A DNA stretch of 64,000 nt. Source: Oikopleura dioica. Its lineage: Eukaryota; Animalia; Chordata. The translations under genes and the position numbers were made by a program. Location of the stretch: positions 5,766,001 through 5,830,000 of the forward strand of contig OU015567.1 in NCBI GenBank assembly GCA_907165135.1, written 5' to 3'. Of the stretch, positions 60,021-64,000 are shown piece by piece. Positions within the stretch are counted from its first letter, which is position 1, and the number at the start of each line of letters is the position of its first letter. The notes below the pieces were generated by a model. The model did no database searches. It was given only the letters and a program-made list of their open reading frames with translations, and was not told the DNA's origin.

Positions 60021-62206
60021 TTACTGATATTCGCCGAATAAGCGGGTGTATTTTGAACGGTAGGAGCTAAACTCGTAGCTGCGGATTTTGGGAAGATAGT
60101 TGAAATAGACTTGGATGGAAGAACAGTAGACCGTGTAGTACATGAGACAAGGGAGCACGGTCACTGCCCAGATGTTCGTCCCGATGTAGTAGTGCAGGTA
60201 CTTGGCGATGTAGTTAAAAACGCCGCCGGGGTAGGACTCGGTCTGAAGAACGGACTCCCAAACTGTAGCACCTTCGATGAGTGGGAAGTCGTAGGAAGTG
60301 AAATCCATCAGGACGTAGCCGGCGATGCCGATCAGCATTGGAATTGAAGCGATTTGAAGAGCGATGTATACTTGAGTAAACATTGCTAATAACGTCAACT
60401 CCCCAATTCTTTATTTACCTGAGCGAAACTTTGACGGTTCATTTTTGCGCTTTCCCCAGAGATATCTCGAATAAGGAGCGAAGAGGACCGACTTCTGAAG
60501 AATGACGTGAAATTCCGTGACGCGAATTCGCCCTCTGCGAAGGTATTCCGTCGAGCAGTGGTACAAAATCGTCAACAGCATCATCATCAAGCAGTAAATC
60601 AGGATCGAGTACTCAACTGCTTCGTGGATTTCCGAATACGAGTCGCGCTAGAACTTTTGTTTCTTTGTCTCTATCGCTGTTTTTGTACCTTTAGGACGAT
60701 TTGAGAAGACTTCTTGATGTCGTGAATCTCTTCTGAAACATTGTAAGAAACGAGATTGTACTGCTGGCAATCGCTGAAGATCGGGGGTTTGTAGCACTCT
60801 CTCTTTTCCGTGTCATTCATCGGCTGGGCGAATGCACCTACAGCTTCGTAGCCGTAAGTGTAAAGAGCGTTCATGAAGATGTCCTTGTCGTGGAAGTGCT
60901 CGTCTAGGAAGGTAAGCTTGGTTTTGGGGAGATTTTGTGTTGTTTCTACCTGCTAGCAAGCTGCGGAAAATCATCGGTATGAATAAAGAAGAAGACAAGA
61001 CAATTGCAAATGCTCTGAAGCCAAGTTCCATGAGTCGATTCACTGCTTGGTGCAGTTGCGGAACCGGCCCGGGCCGAAACGCTCTTCCTTTGACCTTTGG
61101 AAAGACGAACAGACTCCAGGTAAAGTCAACAAAGTCGCAGGCCCACATACAACTCCACAGTAAAATCCAGATTCTCGTAATAAAGAGGTAGTCCATTGGC
61201 CAATAACTGAAGAACGTCAGGATCCAGCCGACGCCGCAAAGCACCCATTCCGGAACATTCAGGCTTGTCAGCCCATTTCGCTCCATACAAACCTGCAATT
61301 TTGTTTGAAAAAAGCCGAAAAGGAGGAAAAAGTACCTGTCTGATGGATTTTGTGAGAAAAAACTTGTTGGGAAGAGGAAATTGAAGCCAATCGGCCTGAT
61401 GAGCCAGAGTCAAAAACAACGCGCTAGAATTCAAGTTAGACTTGCTTTCGGCCTTGAAAAGTACCTGCTGCCAAGGAGCATTGCATCTTCGGTCATCCAG
61501 TAAAGAGCTGAGTGTCTGGCCATGGCTTCCATTTCGATCATCAGCTTCCTTCCATAAAGCCCTTTATGACGTCGATTCTGCAGACCGTAGAATATGCATT
61601 TGGCGTGCGAGAAGAGCGTTTGAAGAGTCGAGTAAATGGGCCCAATTAAGAACAATAAGAAAGTCGTGATCGTCGGTTTTCTTTCTGTGTTGAGAAGCTG
61701 AAAGTTTCGAGTAGAAATTAAAGAAAGAAAGGCTTGATACCTGCATAGCAGATGAAGTGTAAAGAATGATGAACTCGATGACGACGAAGGCCCATCTAGA
61801 CCATTTAATGTGCTCCACTAGACCGGTGGTAATGACGGAGAATCTCACGCAGGTCCTGCAAAAGCCGATTACGTCGCCGATGAGCTGCGCCACCGAGTAG
61901 TGGATCGTCGAGTGGCTGAGGCTGCTGGATCGCTCGGCTCCATTTCGCGGCGCTGGAATCGTCTCAGAATCGTCTTTTCCGAGATGACAAAAACAAAAAA
62001 ATGATAAAAAATAAAACTCAGCAGAAAATTCCAAATGATCTTTTCTTTCAAATGAGCCTCAATAAAGCTCAAATTTATGAGAAGTTTCGTTCGTAAAAAC
62101 AAATTTACGACTAAAAATTCTAGTTTTTCTTTGACTGATAATTTTTGTCATCAATTCCTTCTGAAGTTTGATCTTCAAGAAAGCCCGAGGTCTCGTCTTC
62201 TGGCAT
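60021..62206 (-). CDS. Multi-pass membrane protein, family not recognised
   Basis: Several in-frame exons with hydrophobic helices (WAFVVIEFIILYTSSAM, WVLCGVGWILTFFSYW, FAIVLSSSLFIPMIF, IWAVTVLPCLMYYTVY); proposed first exon MPEDETSGFLEDQTSE with GA-AG intron 61974-62157. Confidence 0.7.
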
Positions 62207-64000
62207 TTTAGATTCGGACTCATTTCGGGGCAAACTACTGCTACAGGTACTCACTGTCTCGACCGTCTCAATCGTCGCAATCTCCGAAGCCATCTCTCCC
62301 CCACCCCACCGAATTTTTCTCTCTTTTTGGAGTCAATCGCGTGCGTTTTTCCCTCCCATAAAATCGCCTGCGTGCATTATTATGCAAAGCAAATTTGTGA
62401 ATCACTCATTAAATAACTCTTCTCTTTCCAACCAAAAAAAGTCTGAAGTTTTCGACCTTTTCTTGAAAGATTTTTTTTTTCTATTTTGAAAATCACTCCG
62501 CTTGGGAGCCCTTGGGGCCCCTCGAGGGGAAAATCGAAAATTTCTTTTTGCGAAAGTTTTTTTTCTCGACTTTCCGGTCGATTTGCTTTCACGCTAGTAG
62601 TGGTACTGCTGGCTGAGCAGGTGCACTACGAGATAGTAATCAGAAAAGAAGAGAAAGGGAAAGACGTAAATGTCACGTTTACGAGCAAGAACACAAGTTC
62701 AACTCAAGCCTTTCTGATTCTGATTCTGACGCTGTCTTGCGCAAATTTTACGGAAAAAAAGAGCGAAACAATCAAAGAACTCTCAAAGGAGACAGAACGT
62801 CTGTCTTTCTGCTGTGATTAAAAATGATGATCTTCTCAGTTAAAATTCTCCAACGATGATCGTGATTAATAAGCAATTTATGAACCGCATAATCATTTTT
62901 ACGGCCATTTTCTCTGACGCAGTAATTTTTCTCCCGTACTCATTCCCTACCTATTTGATTAAATCTAGTCATCCTTTTTTTCCAACAAAAAAATCTCTAT
63001 TTTCTTCAAACCTCCATTTTTCTCGCCTTGATTCTCAAGTTGAATCGCTAACCACATAATTTCCCGCCCATTATTCCATAATTTCCCCCTCTCTTACCTT
63101 GCTTTGCCTCCAGAATAGTTGGCGAAATTTTGCAAAAAATAATATTTTTCGAACTTTTTTTTTGTTCTCGTGAGTTTTGCCCTTTGCCTGATTGTTGCCC
63201 CTGATGGCCCTCTGGTCGTCGTCCCACTCGTTCACTTCGGCCCAGACTATCGATTAGGGTCAGCAGCACTGCGCCGCGCTGAGAATTTTCATCGCTCAAT
63301 TACTTCTGTATTCAATGCCCTTAGAAAAAAGCCAAAAAAGGGGGATTCGGCAATTTACAGATTTCAGAAAGCGGCGGCCTTCTGAGATAATCTGACCGCG
63401 GTACTACTTTCTCTCTTTCGCGAACGCGTGATTGGCGATAATGCTGACTTGAGAATTATGCCTGAGAGGCAGGCTAGACCGCCGCGGTATTTTACGATAT
63501 CCCTTTTTTAGAAGCGCAATCGTAAAAACGTAAATGACGCCATGTGTATTGTTTTGAGAGTACAACTCACTCGTGACCAAGTTTCTACTAGTAACTTCAG
63601 CTTACTATTCCATAATAGTCTGTTATTAATAGATGATCATAAAAATTGACACTTTCCTAAGATGAATAATTACGACAATAGAAAAGCGTCACCAGCGATG
63701 AAAAAACAGGAAATAGAAGCATCAATATTTGCTCTTCATAAGTTCTTCTCTCAGAAGATATAAAAAGAAGCTGACCCTTTTCCTGAGCGTTTTCTCCCTC
63801 TTTTCAGCATTTCTCTTTTTTCTTCTTCGTTGATTTCCTATTTTCTGTTTGAAGCTTGAAGCTTGAAGACTGAGCTGTAAAGTTTTTATGCAGCCAAGTT
63901 TGAGCAAATTTGAAATTCACGCCGGCTGCATTTTCATTTCTTTTTCTTTCTTCTTTCTTGATTGAAAATCACTGGAGAAAAAAACTTAATTCAAGGGCCC

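Noticed and set aside
62480-63910. Short ORFs at the right end
   Set aside because: No consistent exon chain or homology could be built; probably upstream or regulatory DNA, or part of a gene beyond the window.
1-64000. rRNA, tRNA, spliced-leader RNA genes and autonomous transposase or RT ORFs
   Set aside because: None recognised by eye; tRNAscan-SE/Infernal and a TE protein search would be needed to exclude them.

Overview
Compact, AT-rich eukaryotic (animal) genomic DNA. Very short introns, frequent non-canonical GA-AG/GC-AG introns, tightly packed co-oriented genes and the gene families present point, by inference, to the appendicularian tunicate Oikopleura. About 30 spliced genes were modelled by hand: a THSD1-like gene, two GAL3ST-family sulfotransferases, a small heat-shock protein, a ~4.5-4.8 kb tandem duplication carrying a peptide gene and a kinase-family gene, a minus-strand COA7/COA7/ARMC10/ARMC10 cluster, an LRR-Ig-GPI protein, an eight-gene minus-strand operon-like run (MANBAL, PRKRIP1, SIRT2, STAMBP, TIMM50, SFI1, unknown, CCDC178) with a gene nested in a STAMBP intron, a SKIDA1-like gene and a multipass membrane gene. 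Many non-autonomous DNA transposons are recognisable by TIRs and TSDs. Two observations stand out. (1) A 123-bp MITE with an 8-bp TSD sits in a sulfotransferase exon and supplies its own GT..AG boundaries, so it looks like a newly made intron (introner); relatives occur elsewhere in the window. (2) The kinase-family protein is fused to a papain-like peptidase domain whose Gln/Cys/His/Asn residues are spaced as in papain, with a UBA domain in one copy. All exon models and homology calls come from reading the sequence and recalling known proteins; no alignment or database search was run.
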